A stretch of DNA of 64,000 nucleotides from Gammaproteobacteria bacterium (lineage in GTDB: Bacteria; Pseudomonadota; Gammaproteobacteria; Pseudomonadales; Azotimanducaceae): positions 3,183 through 67,182 of the forward strand of contig QJYB01000006.1 of assembly GCA_003247835.1 (NCBI GenBank). Direction: 5' to 3'. Positions 8,940 to 21,321 of the stretch are shown here, one piece after another. The notes beneath the pieces were generated by a model. That model saw only the letters and a program-made list of their open reading frames with translations. It ran no database searches and had not been told where the DNA came from. Within the stretch, counting starts at the first letter, position 1, and the number at the start of each line of letters is the position of its first letter. A program made the position numbers and the translations under genes.

Positions 8940-10865
8940 TTGCTGAAGATCATCGACGTCAGCCTGAAACGAAATCTGGTCACGCTCTTCGATCATATGA
9001 GCCTGACCGTTCACGCCGGCCAGAAGGTGGCCATCGTCGGCCGCAACGGTGTCGGCAAGTCGACGCTGTTCGATCTGATCCTCGGCAGGCTGCAGCCGGA
9101 CTCCGGTGACGTCGAGCTGCCGGGTGACTGGCGGCTTTCCCACATGGCCCAGGAAGTCGCGGTCAGCGACCGCCGTGCACTCGACTACGTGATCGATGGG
9201 CACAGGGAGCTGCGCCGGGCGGAACAGAAGCTCGCGCAGGCGGAGGCGCGCGGCGACGACATGGCCATCGCCCGCTGCCACTCCCTGCTCGAGGACCTCG
9301 GCACCTACGAAGCGGAAGCTCGCGCCGGCGAAATTCTGCACGGCCTCGGCTTCAAGGGCAGTGAGCTGACGAAGCCATTCGCGGCCTTCTCCGGCGGCTG
9401 GCGCATCCGGCTGAATCTCGCTCAGGCGCTGATGAAACCGGCGGACCTTCTGCTGCTCGATGAGCCCACCAACCACCTGGACATGGAGGCGACGCTGTGG
9501 CTCGAAACCTGGCTGCAGCGCTTTCCCGGCACCCTGCTGGTGATCGCCCACGACCGGGATTTCCTGGACAACGTCGCCGGCGTCACGGTGCACCTGCACC
9601 ACGGCAAGGCAGACACCTACAAAGGCAACTACAGCTCCTTCGAGCGGCAGCGGGCGGAGGCGATGGTCCTGCAGCAGGCCGCCTACAAGAAACAGCAGCG
9701 GGAGATCGCCCACATCCAGAGCTTCGTCGAGCGGTTCCGGGCCAAGGCATCCAAGGCTCGTCAGGCCCAGAGTCGCATGAAGGCCCTCGAGCGCATGGAG
9801 GCTGTTGCCCCGGTTCACGCTGACTCGCCCTACCATCTGGTGATTGAGCAGCCGGAACGCATGTCCACCCCGCTGATGAGCCTCGACCATGTGAGCATCG
9901 GCTACGACGGCAGACCTGTGCTCACCGACGTGCACCAGACGATCCTGCCTGGCGACCGGATCGGCGTCCTCGGCGAGAACGGTGCCGGCAAGTCGACCTT
10001 GCTCAAGTGTCTGGTCGGCGAGCTCGAACCCCTGTCCGGCGAGAAGATCAGCGGCGCCCACGCCAGAGTCGGCTACTTTGCCCAGCACCAGCTGGAAACT
10101 CTGGTGGCGGACCGGACCGCGCTCGCCACCGTGCGCATGGCCAGACCATCCTTCACGGAGCAGCAGTGCCGGGACTATCTGGGTACCTGGGGATTCCCCA
10201 GAGAGAAGCTGGAACGACCGGTGGCTACCCTGTCCGGGGGCGAGAAGGCCCGGCTGGTATTGGCGCTCATCGCCGGTGAACGGCCCGCGCTGCTGGTGCT
10301 CGACGAGCCCACCAACCACCTCGATCTCGACATGCGGGACGCGCTCGCCGTGGCACTGCAGGACTTCGAAGGCGCGCTGATCATCGTCGCCCACGACCGC
10401 AGCCTGCTCTCGCGCACGGTGGACGAGTACTGGCTGGTGGAGAACGGCACCGTCAGCCGCATGCAGACCGATCTTTCCGGCTACACGTCGAGCCACAACC
10501 CGGCAGGTCCCACCGCCACCCGGCCGGTCGAGCGCCAATCGCCGTCACCGGTGTCGGACGGCGACAGCCAGCGTTCTTCTGGGCGGAAGGCCGGGCGGCG
10601 CGCCGCTGCCGAGATTCGCCAGCAGGAAAAACCGCTGCGGGAGGAGCTGAGACGTCTGGAATCCGAGATCGACCGGCTGACCGGCGAGCTGAAAACGGTG
10701 GAGGGCCGACTGGCTGACACCGAGACCTACAGAAGCCTGCCGGCCGAGGAGCTCGACGAGCTGCTGCGTCAGGCGGGCAAGCTCCGCAGCCGTCGCGAAA
10801 CGGCCGAGGAACGCTGGCTCGAACGTTCCGAGGCGCTGGAAGCCCTCAGGACGGACCGGACCTGA
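8940..10865 (+). CDS. yheS: ABC-F family ATPase (YheS-like)
   Basis: There are two ABC cassettes (GRNGVGKST / LSGGWRIRL / LLLDEPTNHLD and GENGAGKST / LSGGEKARL / LVLDEPTNHLD) and a C-terminal coiled-coil tail. There is no TM domain. The start is TTG. Confidence 0.9.
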   Translation: MLKIIDVSLKRNLVTLFDHMSLTVHAGQKVAIVGRNGVGKSTLFDLILGRLQPDSGDVELPGDWRLSHMAQEVAVSDRRALDYVIDGHRELRRAEQKLAQAEARGDDMAIARCHSLLEDLGTYEAEARAGEILHGLGFKGSELTKPFAAFSGGWRIRLNLAQALMKPADLLLLDEPTNHLDMEATLWLETWLQRFPGTLLVIAHDRDFLDNVAGVTVHLHHGKADTYKGNYSSFERQRAEAMVLQQAAYKKQQREIAHIQSFVERFRAKASKARQAQSRMKALERMEAVAPVHADSPYHLVIEQPERMSTPLMSLDHVSIGYDGRPVLTDVHQTILPGDRIGVLGENGAGKSTLLKCLVGELEPLSGEKISGAHARVGYFAQHQLETLVADRTALATVRMARPSFTEQQCRDYLGTWGFPREKLERPVATLSGGEKARLVLALIAGERPALLVLDEPTNHLDLDMRDALAVALQDFEGALIIVAHDRSLLSRTVDEYWLVENGTVSRMQTDLSGYTSSHNPAGPTATRPVERQSPSPVSDGDSQRSSGRKAGRRAAAEIRQQEKPLREELRRLESEIDRLTGELKTVEGRLADTETYRSLPAEELDELLRQAGKLRSRRETAEERWLERSEALEALRTDRT

Positions 10866-11934
10866 TGATCCTCACGTCCAGGTTGTCCGCATCGCCTTTA
10901 CGGATCGTGATGCCGTGGCTGCCACCCACCGCGTACCCGGCTGGCAGCGTCAGGGTCTCGCGGACGCCGTCGCGCAGCACCTCCACCGTCCGGGCGTCGC
11001 TCGTCTCTGCGTCTGCCGGTGCCGCAAACAGCGCTTCGTAGGCGTCGCCCGCATCGCCGATGGCCACGCCGTTCACCGCGAGCAGGATGTCTCCTGCCTT
11101 CAGTGCCGGTTTGCCTTCGGTTGCCGGCGGCGCATCCATAACCAGCACCCCGGAGTCCACCCCGAAGTAATGGCCCAGATCCGCCGAGATGTCCTCGAGC
11201 CGCAGGCCACCACCAGGCCCACCGATCCGGAACGCCCGACGCATGACCATCGGCGCGTCGCCGACGTCACGGATGTGCTCCAGTGATTCCAGATTCTCCA
11301 GGGCGTCCAGGGACTCGACCCACGTGGTGTCTGCGGTGAAGTCCGCCATGCCCGACGCCATGGCCTCGAGCTGCTCCCTGTTCATGTGCGGCATACCGGT
11401 CATGCCCATGAAGTAAACGCCACGGGATTCCGTGGTGATGTCGGCCATCTGCATGCCGCCATCGCGATTGAAGCTGACCGGTACCACGTCACCCGGATTA
11501 ACCGGCTCCATCGCCTTCCGCAATGCGTGCAGTGCCTTGTCTGCACCGGTCAGGTCTGCGCCGTTCACACCGAGCAGCTCATCGCCGGCCTTGAGTCCCG
11601 CCGCTTCCGCGCCGCCGCCGGGCGTTACCCCGACGAGCATGAGACCGCCGTTGGGCCCCCGTTCACCGAGCAGTACGCCGAGCATGGGTTTCCGGCCGGG
11701 CTGCCCGACGGTCTCGACGGCATAGAGCTGGCGGTGCAGCTCACCCAGCCGGGCGGCAGCAGCATCGAGTTCCGCCCGGGCCTGATCGAGCTCTGCCTCC
11801 AGGGCCTCGCGGTCGGGCAGCGGCGCCGCAGGCGCCTTCGGGGGCTCCGGTGGCGCCGGGGTCGCAGCGCTGGCATGCAGCGCCGGGCCGCCGGCCAGCA
11901 GCAGCAGACAGATCATCCGAGCGAAGCGTTTCAT
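10846..11934 (-). CDS. Periplasmic dual-PDZ-domain protein without a recognisable protease domain
   Basis: The signal peptide is MKRFARMICLLLLAGGPALHASA. An Ala/Pro-rich coiled segment follows. Two PDZ-like segments are present (LVGVTPGGGAEAAGLKAGDELLGVNG; LVMDAPPATEGKPALKAGDILLAVNG). The gene lies 13 nt downstream of the anti-sigma gene. Confidence 0.75.
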   Translation of the reverse strand: MKRFARMICLLLLAGGPALHASAATPAPPEPPKAPAAPLPDREALEAELDQARAELDAAAARLGELHRQLYAVETVGQPGRKPMLGVLLGERGPNGGLMLVGVTPGGGAEAAGLKAGDELLGVNGADLTGADKALHALRKAMEPVNPGDVVPVSFNRDGGMQMADITTESRGVYFMGMTGMPHMNREQLEAMASGMADFTADTTWVESLDALENLESLEHIRDVGDAPMVMRRAFRIGGPGGGLRLEDISADLGHYFGVDSGVLVMDAPPATEGKPALKAGDILLAVNGVAIGDAGDAYEALFAAPADAETSDARTVEVLRDGVRETLTLPAGYAVGGSHGITIRKGDADNLDVRIIRSGPS

Positions 11935-11946
11935 TCTTCCAACCTC

Positions 11947-12600
11947 CTAGTAAACCGCGGGCTGCAGCGTCGCCCGGGCGCGACGGACCTGGGCGAGCGA
12001 CTCCAGCAGGGCGACCCGCTGGCCCCAGAGCCGCTCCTCCTGTTGCCGGCTGGCGGCCGAGTCCGGAATTCCGGTGATCTGGCCATCCAGATCCGCAATC
12101 CGCAGCCGCAGCGCCTGCTCCATGGGATCCCGTCGATCCGCGCTCACGAGCAGCGGCTCCAGCCGCCTCGACCGCTCGTACAGGGACTCGAGCGCCGGAT
12201 CCGCCTTCGCCACCGGCTGCGTCGTCGACGGACGCTCGCCGACCGCTCCGGTCGCCGCACCGTCACGCGCCGCATGCACCGCCAGCAGACCGGCGGCGAG
12301 AGCCAGCGTCAGTCCGGCCGCCGCGGCATAGGGGACGAAAAGCCCGGGGCAGCGGAGCACGGTCCCGGCGCGATCGTGTCGCACCGGAACCGGCCGGGCG
12401 GCATTCCGGATCCGTTCCCACGACCCGGCGTCCGGTGTCGGATCCGGCAGCGACCGCAGCGCCTGCTGCAGCCGTTCCAGCTCGCCGAGCAGCTTCGTCG
12501 CACCTGGCCGCGCCAGCACCTCTGCCGCATCGGCTTCGCCGCGTTCACCGTCACGACAGGCAAGCAGGTCCGATATCTGTCGTTCTCGCATATCCGTCAT
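11947..12600 (-). CDS. Putative membrane-spanning anti-sigma factor
   Basis: The gene lies directly after, and overlaps, the ECF sigma gene. It has a single central TM segment (LFVPYAAAAGLTLALAAGLLAV). The N-terminal cytoplasmic part is about 80 aa. Confidence 0.6.
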   Translation of the reverse strand: MTDMRERQISDLLACRDGERGEADAAEVLARPGATKLLGELERLQQALRSLPDPTPDAGSWERIRNAARPVPVRHDRAGTVLRCPGLFVPYAAAAGLTLALAAGLLAVHAARDGAATGAVGERPSTTQPVAKADPALESLYERSRRLEPLLVSADRRDPMEQALRLRIADLDGQITGIPDSAASRQQEERLWGQRVALLESLAQVRRARATLQPAVY

Positions 12601-13165
12601 GTTTCCGATTTCCCGTGGTTAGAGCCTCGGGCTCTACCGTCTGCTCCAGCAGCTTTCCGTACCCTCTCGCCAGCTGGGACTTGGAGTAGCTCTCCGTCCG
12701 TCCGAACAGACCGCCGATTTCCTGATGCGTATAGCCCTCGACGTCGTGCAGCCAGAGCACCATGCGCGTCTCGGGTCCCAGCCGGGACAACGCCCGTTCC
12801 AGATCCCTCAGACCCTCGTTGCGAGGCCCGTCCTCACGCGGGTCCGCTGCCTCCACCGGCAGTTCCGGTACCCGGCGCTGAGTCCAGGGAGAGCGCAGGC
12901 GCATGAGGCAGTGGTTCACCGCCGTCTGCCGGATCCAGCCCACCGCCGCATGCACATCTTCCAGGGTCGCGCCGCGTTCGATCATGGTGACGAAGGTATC
13001 CTGCACCACCTCTTCAGCGAGGCCCCGATCGCCGAGAATCCGCTGGGCCATACCCAGCACGCTCGGTGCGAGCAGCCGGTAGGCCTCGGCCTGGGCGTCG
13101 GGATCGCCGTTTTTCAGGCCGAGCGCGACCTCCGTTGCGAGAGTCAGTGACGCGAATCCCGCCAT
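12551..13165 (-). CDS. ECF-type RNA polymerase sigma-70 family factor
   Basis: Region 2 is AYRLLAPSVLGMAQRILGDRGLAEEVVQDTFV. Region 4 HTH is RMVLWLHDVEGYTHQEIGGLFGRTESYSKSQLARG. Confidence 0.88.
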   Translation of the reverse strand: MAGFASLTLATEVALGLKNGDPDAQAEAYRLLAPSVLGMAQRILGDRGLAEEVVQDTFVTMIERGATLEDVHAAVGWIRQTAVNHCLMRLRSPWTQRRVPELPVEAADPREDGPRNEGLRDLERALSRLGPETRMVLWLHDVEGYTHQEIGGLFGRTESYSKSQLARGYGKLLEQTVEPEALTTGNRKHDGYARTTDIGPACLS

Positions 13166-13278
13166 CAGACCGCCCGATACCCGGTCACCGGTTCATCATT
13201 CCTGTGCCCGCCTGTGAATGCTGCTCCTCCCCTAGGATGCATCGGAGACGCGAACCGTCGCAGCTCGGCGCGGAAAAA

Positions 13279-13947
13279 TCACCCCTGCAGCGCGCGCAGG
13301 TCCGGCAACCGCCAGAGCCCCAGGCACTTGCCGTGCACCTGCTCTGCTTCGGTGCCTTCCTCGATCAGTCGATCCGGCTCGGGCCAGGAAAACGGTGGCA
13401 GGCACAGGTTGAGCCGCCTGTGCTTGCCGGTCACGCCATCATGATTCTTCTGGATTCCTGGGAAGGTGGTGCACAGCAGGTAACGACCCTGAACACCGAG
13501 CAGGTTCGGTAGTGCCTTGTCGATGTCCGCGAAGGAAAGATGCACCAGCAGATCCCGGCAGATCACCAGGTCCGCGTCCGGCAGGGGGCCTTCGCAGACG
13601 TCCACGACTTTGAACACCCGGTCGGGATAACACTGCCGGTTCTGCTCGATCAGCGGAGCAACGATGTCACAGCCAATGTAGGACCGACCGCCGAGGTCGA
13701 GCGTCGACATCCAGCCGTGGTCACCGCACGGCACGTCCAGGATGGAGCTGATGCCGAGCTCGTCGAGCAGCGGCGGCAGCGCCGAGCGGACACGGAACGT
13801 GCGCTCCATGCCGGAACCCTTGCCCGAACGGGAATCACCGCCCCACTTGTGCGACCGATAGATGTGATCAAAGACCTCGTCCCGGCTCTGAGAGCGGAAC
13901 CGCGAGAGTTCCGCCCGCCTGGCACGCCAGCGCGCTATCCAGCCCAC
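13279..13947 (-). CDS. Class I SAM-dependent methyltransferase
   Basis: The SAM-binding motif ILDVPCGDHGWM is present, with an upstream WGGDSRSGKGSGMERT block. The product is 222 aa. Confidence 0.75.
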   Translation of the reverse strand: MGWIARWRARRAELSRFRSQSRDEVFDHIYRSHKWGGDSRSGKGSGMERTFRVRSALPPLLDELGISSILDVPCGDHGWMSTLDLGGRSYIGCDIVAPLIEQNRQCYPDRVFKVVDVCEGPLPDADLVICRDLLVHLSFADIDKALPNLLGVQGRYLLCTTFPGIQKNHDGVTGKHRRLNLCLPPFSWPEPDRLIEEGTEAEQVHGKCLGLWRLPDLRALQG

Positions 13948-13958
13948 GGCTATGCCTC

Positions 13959-15239
13959 TCAGCCGGCTGCCGGCCGCTGGTAGATCGAAGGCCCGTTCCG
14001 GCTTTCCTCGGTGATCTTTCGACCGAGGGCCATGAAGGTCGGCAGGTCCTCGTCCGCCGGCATGGGCATGGCGATCTTTCGCGCCATGGCCGCCTCGAGA
14101 TAAGGCGCAAGCTCCTCCATCTTCTTCGCCTGCCGTTCCGCCTCCCGGGCCTTGAACTCCCCCATCACCTCCGCCGCGAAGATCTCCAGAGATTCACAGA
14201 TGTGCTCGTGTCTGTTGAGCCCGGCCTGCTGAATGAACGTCACCTGGTCCACCCCGCACTGCTCGAATTTCCTGAGGTGCTCGCGAAGATCGTCCGGGGT
14301 GCCGATGCCGCCGCGGGCTGCGGTCAGCGGTGAGGCGAAATCACCGCCAACCTCCTGCTGTATCTGTGGGACCCGGACCCGGTTGAACTCCTCCCAGAGG
14401 TCCGTGCGGCCTGGCTTGTGCTCACCGAAGCCGTAGAGGCTGCCGAGTGCGTAGCCGAAGAACTCGAAACCCAGCAGTCCGCGCTGCACGGCCGTTTCCC
14501 GATCCGGATGGCAGGAAAAGCTCGAAACCATGCATATGTTCGGGTTGATGGCGTGGCCGATAGGCACGCAGGCGTCGGACTTCAGGATGCTGTAGTACTC
14601 GTCCACCCAGGACTGCGCTTCCAGGGGATCGACGAAAGCGAAGGTGAGCGCGCCGATCCCCATCCGGGCCGCCATGCGGATGGTTTCCCGCTGTGAGCAC
14701 GCCACCCACAACGGTGGGTGAGGCCGCTGCACGGGTTTCGGCACCAGGTTCCGGCAGGGCATCTCGAAGTAACGGCCCTTGTAGCCGGGATAGGGATCCA
14801 TGGCCAGGATGTTGCAGATCTGCTCGGTGGCTTCCAGGTAGATCTTGCGCTTCTCTGCCACCGGAATGCCGAAGCCGCCGAGCTCGAGCTCCGCCGAGGA
14901 CTCTCCTGTGCCGAAGTCCACCCGGCCGTTCGAGACCAGGTCCAGGGTGGCAATGACCTCCGCCGTGCGCGCCGGATGATTGTACTGAGGGATCACCTGA
15001 CGGATGCCCTGACCGAGGCGGATATTCTTCGTACGCTGGGAGCACGCGGCAAGAAACACCTCCGGTGCCGAGGAGTGGGAGTATTCCTCGAGGAAGTGAT
15101 GCTCGACCTCCCAGGCGTAGTCGAAGCCGAGCCTGTCGGCAAGCGCCACCTGATCGAGCGCATCGTTGAAGAGCTTCTGTTCGGCACCTGCCGTCCAGGG
15201 TCTGGGCAGCTGGTGCTCATAAAAAATACCGAACTTCAT
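13959..15239 (-). CDS. Luciferase-like (LLM class) flavin-dependent oxidoreductase
   Basis: MKFGIFYEHQLPRPW...AWEVEHHFLEEYSHSSAPEVFL is typical of the LLM family. The start is taken at the internal ATG 15239 rather than the ORF-track 15302. Confidence 0.82.
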   Translation of the reverse strand: MKFGIFYEHQLPRPWTAGAEQKLFNDALDQVALADRLGFDYAWEVEHHFLEEYSHSSAPEVFLAACSQRTKNIRLGQGIRQVIPQYNHPARTAEVIATLDLVSNGRVDFGTGESSAELELGGFGIPVAEKRKIYLEATEQICNILAMDPYPGYKGRYFEMPCRNLVPKPVQRPHPPLWVACSQRETIRMAARMGIGALTFAFVDPLEAQSWVDEYYSILKSDACVPIGHAINPNICMVSSFSCHPDRETAVQRGLLGFEFFGYALGSLYGFGEHKPGRTDLWEEFNRVRVPQIQQEVGGDFASPLTAARGGIGTPDDLREHLRKFEQCGVDQVTFIQQAGLNRHEHICESLEIFAAEVMGEFKAREAERQAKKMEELAPYLEAAMARKIAMPMPADEDLPTFMALGRKITEESRNGPSIYQRPAAG

Positions 15240-15333
15240 GTGACTTCCCCCTGAAAAAACAACACAAACCCGGAATTTGGCACGATCGGCATCGGCCCGC
15301 AAACCTCGGCAACCCTTCTGCTAGCATGACGCC

Positions 15334-15909
15334 ATGGCCGAAAACGCCTCACCCGGAAACCACCGCTCCGCACGGACCGACCTGCTGCCAGCACTGGCTG
15401 ACGTGTTCCAGAACATGGGTTACGACGGCGCTACGCTGTCCCTGCTGGCGGCAGCGACCGGACTGAGCCGAGCCAGCCTCTATCACCACTTCCCCGGTGG
15501 CAAGGCGGAGATGGCAGCGGCGCTGCTGCGGGACGCTGTGGTCGAGCTCGAGCAATCGGCCTTCTCCCGCCTCGCGGGTACCCTCCCTGCCGATGAACGC
15601 CTCGCCGCTTTCGTCGACGGTTTCAGTGACTACGTCCACGAGGGCGAGGGTAGATGTCTGATTGCGGTGCTCGCTACGGGTTCCGCCGGTGCCGTGCACG
15701 GCACCACCATCGCCGGTCAGTTTGCCGAGTGGTCTCATCGCCTGGCGGCCACTTTCGAGGAATGCGGATACAAGCCGAAGCGCGCCGGACGGGCCGCCAC
15801 CGATCTGCTTACCGGGCTCTATGGTGCGCTGCAGCTGGCCACACTGCTGAAGGATCCCTCGGTGTTCAGAGCGCAGCTGAAGCGCCTGAAGAAACGGTTG
15901 CCTGCCTGA
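15334..15909 (+). CDS. TetR/AcrR family transcriptional regulator
   Basis: The N-terminal HTH is GYDGATLSLLAAATGLSRASLYHHFPGGKAEM. The gene is divergent from the LLM oxidoreductase. Confidence 0.88.
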   Translation: MAENASPGNHRSARTDLLPALADVFQNMGYDGATLSLLAAATGLSRASLYHHFPGGKAEMAAALLRDAVVELEQSAFSRLAGTLPADERLAAFVDGFSDYVHEGEGRCLIAVLATGSAGAVHGTTIAGQFAEWSHRLAATFEECGYKPKRAGRAATDLLTGLYGALQLATLLKDPSVFRAQLKRLKKRLPA

Positions 15910-15922
15910 TCCTCGTGCCGTT

Positions 15923-17373
15923 TCAGCGCAGCCGGTCGAAACCCCGACCCACCCAGCGCAGCAGTTTTTCCGGCGCGTGTGCTTTCCGCCAGGCGCCGGC
16001 AGCGAGCTTGGCCGCCTCCATACGCGTCGGGTAGACGTGAATGGTGCTCATCAGCTTTTTCAGTCCGAGCCCATGGGTCATGGCGAGCACGAACTCACCG
16101 ATCAGCTCACCCGCGTCCGCGCCCACCACCTGGGCGCCGAGAATACGATCCGAACCGGGCCTGACCAGCACCTTCACCCAGCCTTCCGGCTGACCTTCCG
16201 TGAGCGCCCGATCCAGATCGTCCAGACCGAAGGTGACCGTTTCGACGGCAATCCCGCGCTCAGCCGCCTCGGCCTCGGACAGGCCCACCCGTGCCACCTC
16301 CGGATCGGTGTAGGTTGCCCAGGGCACGACCGCATAGCTTACGGGGAACTTCCACAGCCGTCCGAACAGCGCGTTCACCGCCGCGTACCAGGCCTGGTGC
16401 GATGCCATGTGTGTGAACTGGTAGGGTCCCGCAGCATCACCGCAGGCGAACACCGTCGGCAGGCTGGTTCTCAGGTAACGGTCCACGGCCACGGTGCCGT
16501 CCGGGTTCTGTGCAATGCCCGCCGCCTCGAGACCCGCATCCCGCCGAGCCCGTCGACCCACGGCAACCAGTATCTCGTCGAACGGAATCTCCACATGGCT
16601 ACCTTTCGTCTCGGCACCGAGCACACCGCCACGACCGCCGGTCGCCGCCGTCACCGTCACCGCGCGATGGGCGAGCCGCACATCGATGCCCTCGCGCCGG
16701 AATACGGCTTCCAGCAGCACCGAGGTCTCTGCATCTTCCCGCGGCAGCAGCCGATCCTCCATGTCGATCAGCGTCACCGACGCGCCGAGACGGGCGAAGC
16801 TCTGTGCCAGCTCACAGCCGATTGGCCCCGCCCCCATGACGAGCAGTCTCCCCGGCAGTGTGTCGAGATCCCAGACGCTTTCGGACGTGAGCGGTGCCAG
16901 CTCCCGCAATCCGGGAACCGGAGGCAGCACCGGTGCCGCACCCGTGGCCAGCACGATCGCCCGACCGGAAACCGTTCGCTCGCCGTCTGCCGTTCGCACG
17001 CGCACGTGATGTCCGTTTTCGATCGCGGCGTCACCGATGAGACAGTCCACGCCCAGCGACGTGTAGCGCGCCACCGAGTCCTTCGGCTCGATGGCGGCAA
17101 TGACCTCGCGTACCCGGGCCATCACCGCTGGAAAGTCCACCCTCGGCTCACCGGCGTCGATGCCGAACCGCCGGCTGTTCCTGACCTCGTGGGCTGCACG
17201 CGCCGCGCGGATGAACGCCTTGCTGGGTACGCACCCGGTGTTCAGACAGTCTCCGCCCATCCTCGCCCGCTCCACGAGCAGCACCTTTGCCCGAACGGTT
17301 GCGCCGATCAGTGCCGCGATCAGGCCGGCGGAGCCGCCGCCGATCACGATCAGGTTGTACTCGTAGCGGGCCA

Positions 17374-17374
<1 letters not shown>
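15923..17374 (-). CDS. Class I pyridine nucleotide-disulfide oxidoreductase (mercuric reductase / dihydrolipoamide dehydrogenase-like)
   Basis: The start is at MARYEYNLIVIGGGSAGL (FAD GxGxxG). The redox disulfide GGDCLNTGCVPSK and a second dinucleotide motif LLVMGAGPIGCE are present. The ATG at 17374 overlaps the TGA of the upstream TVP38 gene. Confidence 0.88.
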
Positions 17375-19164
<1,790 letters not shown>

Positions 19165-19343
19165 TCGCGGCAACGTACCGGCGCTTGAAACGCCCGCACA
19201 TCGGCACCATATCCAACTCTGATGGCCCGGTTATCAGGTCATGCCGAATGGGTCTGTCCACGGGGCAGGTGCGCGTAATCGCCCCTCGCCGATGGTGATA
19301 CACTCGCCGGTGAATACAGTTTTTCCGCAGAGGAGACGCAAAA

Positions 19344-19670
19344 GTGAGTGACAGAATCGTCCATACCACAGACGCCGAGTGGGAAACGGACGTCCTCAAT
19401 TCCGACAAGCCCGTGCTGGTGGACTACTGGGCCGAATGGTGTGGCCCCTGCAAGATGATCGCTCCGATCCTCGACGAGATCGCCACCGAATACGGCGACA
19501 AGCTGAAGGTGTGCAAGATCGACATCGACGCCAATCAGGAAACGCCGCCCAAGTACGGTATCCGCGGCATCCCCACCCTGATGCTGTTCAAGAACGGCGA
19601 CGTGGCTGCCACCAAGATCGGCGCCGTGTCGAAGTCCGCGCTGGCCGCATTCATCGACAGCAATCTCTGA
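19344..19670 (+). CDS. trxA: Thioredoxin
   Basis: The WCGPC active site is present ([16 protein letters not shown]). The product is 108 aa, with a GTG start after AGGAGA. Confidence 0.95.
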   Translation: MSDRIVHTTDAEWETDVLNSDKPVLVDYWAEWCGPCKMIAPILDEIATEYGDKLKVCKIDIDANQETPPKYGIRGIPTLMLFKNGDVAATKIGAVSKSALAAFIDSNL

Positions 19671-19684
19671 CCTGTAGACGCGGA

Positions 19685-19704
19685 AACCCGGCTGCGGCCG
19701 GGTT
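19685..19704 (+). terminator. Hairpin immediately after trxA (possible terminator, no T-run)
   Basis: AACCCGGC-tgcg-GCCGGGTT is a perfect 8-bp stem 15 nt after the trxA stop. Confidence 0.4.
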
Positions 19705-19746
19705 CCCGGACCCGGAACGGCCCGTCCAGTGTGTGACGAAACCCGC

Positions 19747-19774
19747 TTGACGGAGCCTTTTAAAACAATACACT
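19747..19774 (+). promoter_or_regulatory. Candidate sigma-70 promoter of rho with a long (~260 nt) leader
   Basis: TTGACG (19747-52), a 16-nt spacer, then TACACT (19769-74). In E. coli rho has a long leader through which its expression is autoregulated by attenuation. Confidence 0.4.
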
Positions 19775-20042
19775 TGAGCAACGTCCTGGTAGCCGTACCG
19801 GCTACATCTACCGGATCTTCACGCTCCCAACCGCTGGACGACAACTGCTGGAAGCGAGCGGACGATACCGGGTAAGTTCGGCATTCGTGCCGACACCCCC
19901 CCGATCCAGGTCGAACGCCAGGTGAAAAGACTTGACCGTCTTGCAGCCTGATCGCCCGAACGGACCTGAATCACAATTTCGAAGAGTTCATCGGGGGTAG
20001 TGGGTTTCAGGCCGTTCCCGACCATTCAAAGTAGATTTCACC

Positions 20043-21308
20043 ATGTCCATGAACTTAACAGATCTGAAACGCATGCCCGTCAGCGAGCTGATTGATATGG
20101 CCAAAGAAATGGGCCTGGAAAATCAGGCGCGACAGCGCAAGCAGGAAGTCATCGCCGCCATCGTCCGCAAGCAGGCGAAAGCCGGAGAAGACATCTACGG
20201 CGAAGGCACTCTGGAAATTCTCCAGGACGGCTTCGGGTTCCTGCGCTCGCCGGACTCCTCCTACCTGGCCGGCCCGGATGACATCTACGTCTCGCCCAGC
20301 CAGATCCGCCGTTTCAATCTGCGTACCGGTGACAGCATCGCCGGCAAGATCCGGCCTCCCAAGGACGGCGAACGCTACTTCGCCATGCTGAAGGTCGATA
20401 CCATCAACTTCAGCGAGCCGAACCTCAAGAAACACAAGATTCTCTTCGAGAACCTCACGCCGCTGTTCCCCAACGTACGACTCAAGCTCGAGCGGGGCAA
20501 CGGCAGCACCGAGGATCTCACCGCCCGGATCATCGATCTCATCGCACCCATCGGTAAGGGTCAGCGCGCGCTCATCGTCTCGCCGCCGAAGGCCGGTAAG
20601 ACGCTGGTGCTGCAGAACATCGCCCAGTCGATCAGCGCCAACAACCCCGACGTGGTCCTCATCGTGCTGCTCATCGATGAGCGGCCGGAAGAAGTTACGG
20701 AGATGCAGCGACTGGTGAGCGGTGAAGTCGTAGCCAGCACCTTCGACGAGCCGCCTTCCCGTCACGTGCAGGTCGCCGAGATGGTCATCGAAAAGGCCAA
20801 ACGTCTCGTCGAGCACGGCAAGGACGTGGTCATTCTGCTCGACTCCATCACCCGTCTGGCACGGGCCTACAACACCATCGTTCCGTCATCGGGCAAGGTG
20901 CTCACCGGTGGTGTGGACGCCCACGCGCTGGAACGGCCGAAGCGCTTCTTCGGTGCGGCACGGAACATCGAGGAAGGCGGCAGCCTGTCCATCATTGCCA
21001 CCGCGCTGATCGACACCGGCTCCAAGATGGACGAGGTGATCTACGAGGAATTCAAGGGCACCGGCAACCAGGAGCTGCACCTAGAGCGGAAGATCGCCGA
21101 GAAGCGCATCTATCCGGCCATCAACATCCGCCGCTCGGCGACGCGTCGGGAAGAGCTGCTGATGGCGGAAGACGAGCTGCAGCGGGTCTGGATCCTGCGC
21201 AAGCTGCTCCACGACATGGACGACATCGCCGCCATCGAGTTCCTCATCGACAAGCTCAAGGACACGAAGACCAACGAGGAATTCTTCGCGTCGATGCGAG
21301 GCCGCTGA
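20043..21308 (+). CDS. rho: Transcription termination factor Rho
   Basis: [27 protein letters not shown]..., Walker A SPPKAGKT and the RNA-binding domain GFGFLR are present. The second ATG at 20049 is an equally plausible start. Confidence 0.96.
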   Translation: MSMNLTDLKRMPVSELIDMAKEMGLENQARQRKQEVIAAIVRKQAKAGEDIYGEGTLEILQDGFGFLRSPDSSYLAGPDDIYVSPSQIRRFNLRTGDSIAGKIRPPKDGERYFAMLKVDTINFSEPNLKKHKILFENLTPLFPNVRLKLERGNGSTEDLTARIIDLIAPIGKGQRALIVSPPKAGKTLVLQNIAQSISANNPDVVLIVLLIDERPEEVTEMQRLVSGEVVASTFDEPPSRHVQVAEMVIEKAKRLVEHGKDVVILLDSITRLARAYNTIVPSSGKVLTGGVDAHALERPKRFFGAARNIEEGGSLSIIATALIDTGSKMDEVIYEEFKGTGNQELHLERKIAEKRIYPAINIRRSATRREELLMAEDELQRVWILRKLLHDMDDIAAIEFLIDKLKDTKTNEEFFASMRGR

Positions 21309-21321
21309 AGCAGGTACCCGG

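Noticed and set aside
8889-10538. 549-aa minus-strand ORF
   Set aside because: It is antisense to the ABC-F gene, whose frame carries two complete Walker A / signature / Walker B sets. The antisense translation is low-complexity (R/G/A/H-rich) with no motifs, as expected for a high-GC shadow ORF.
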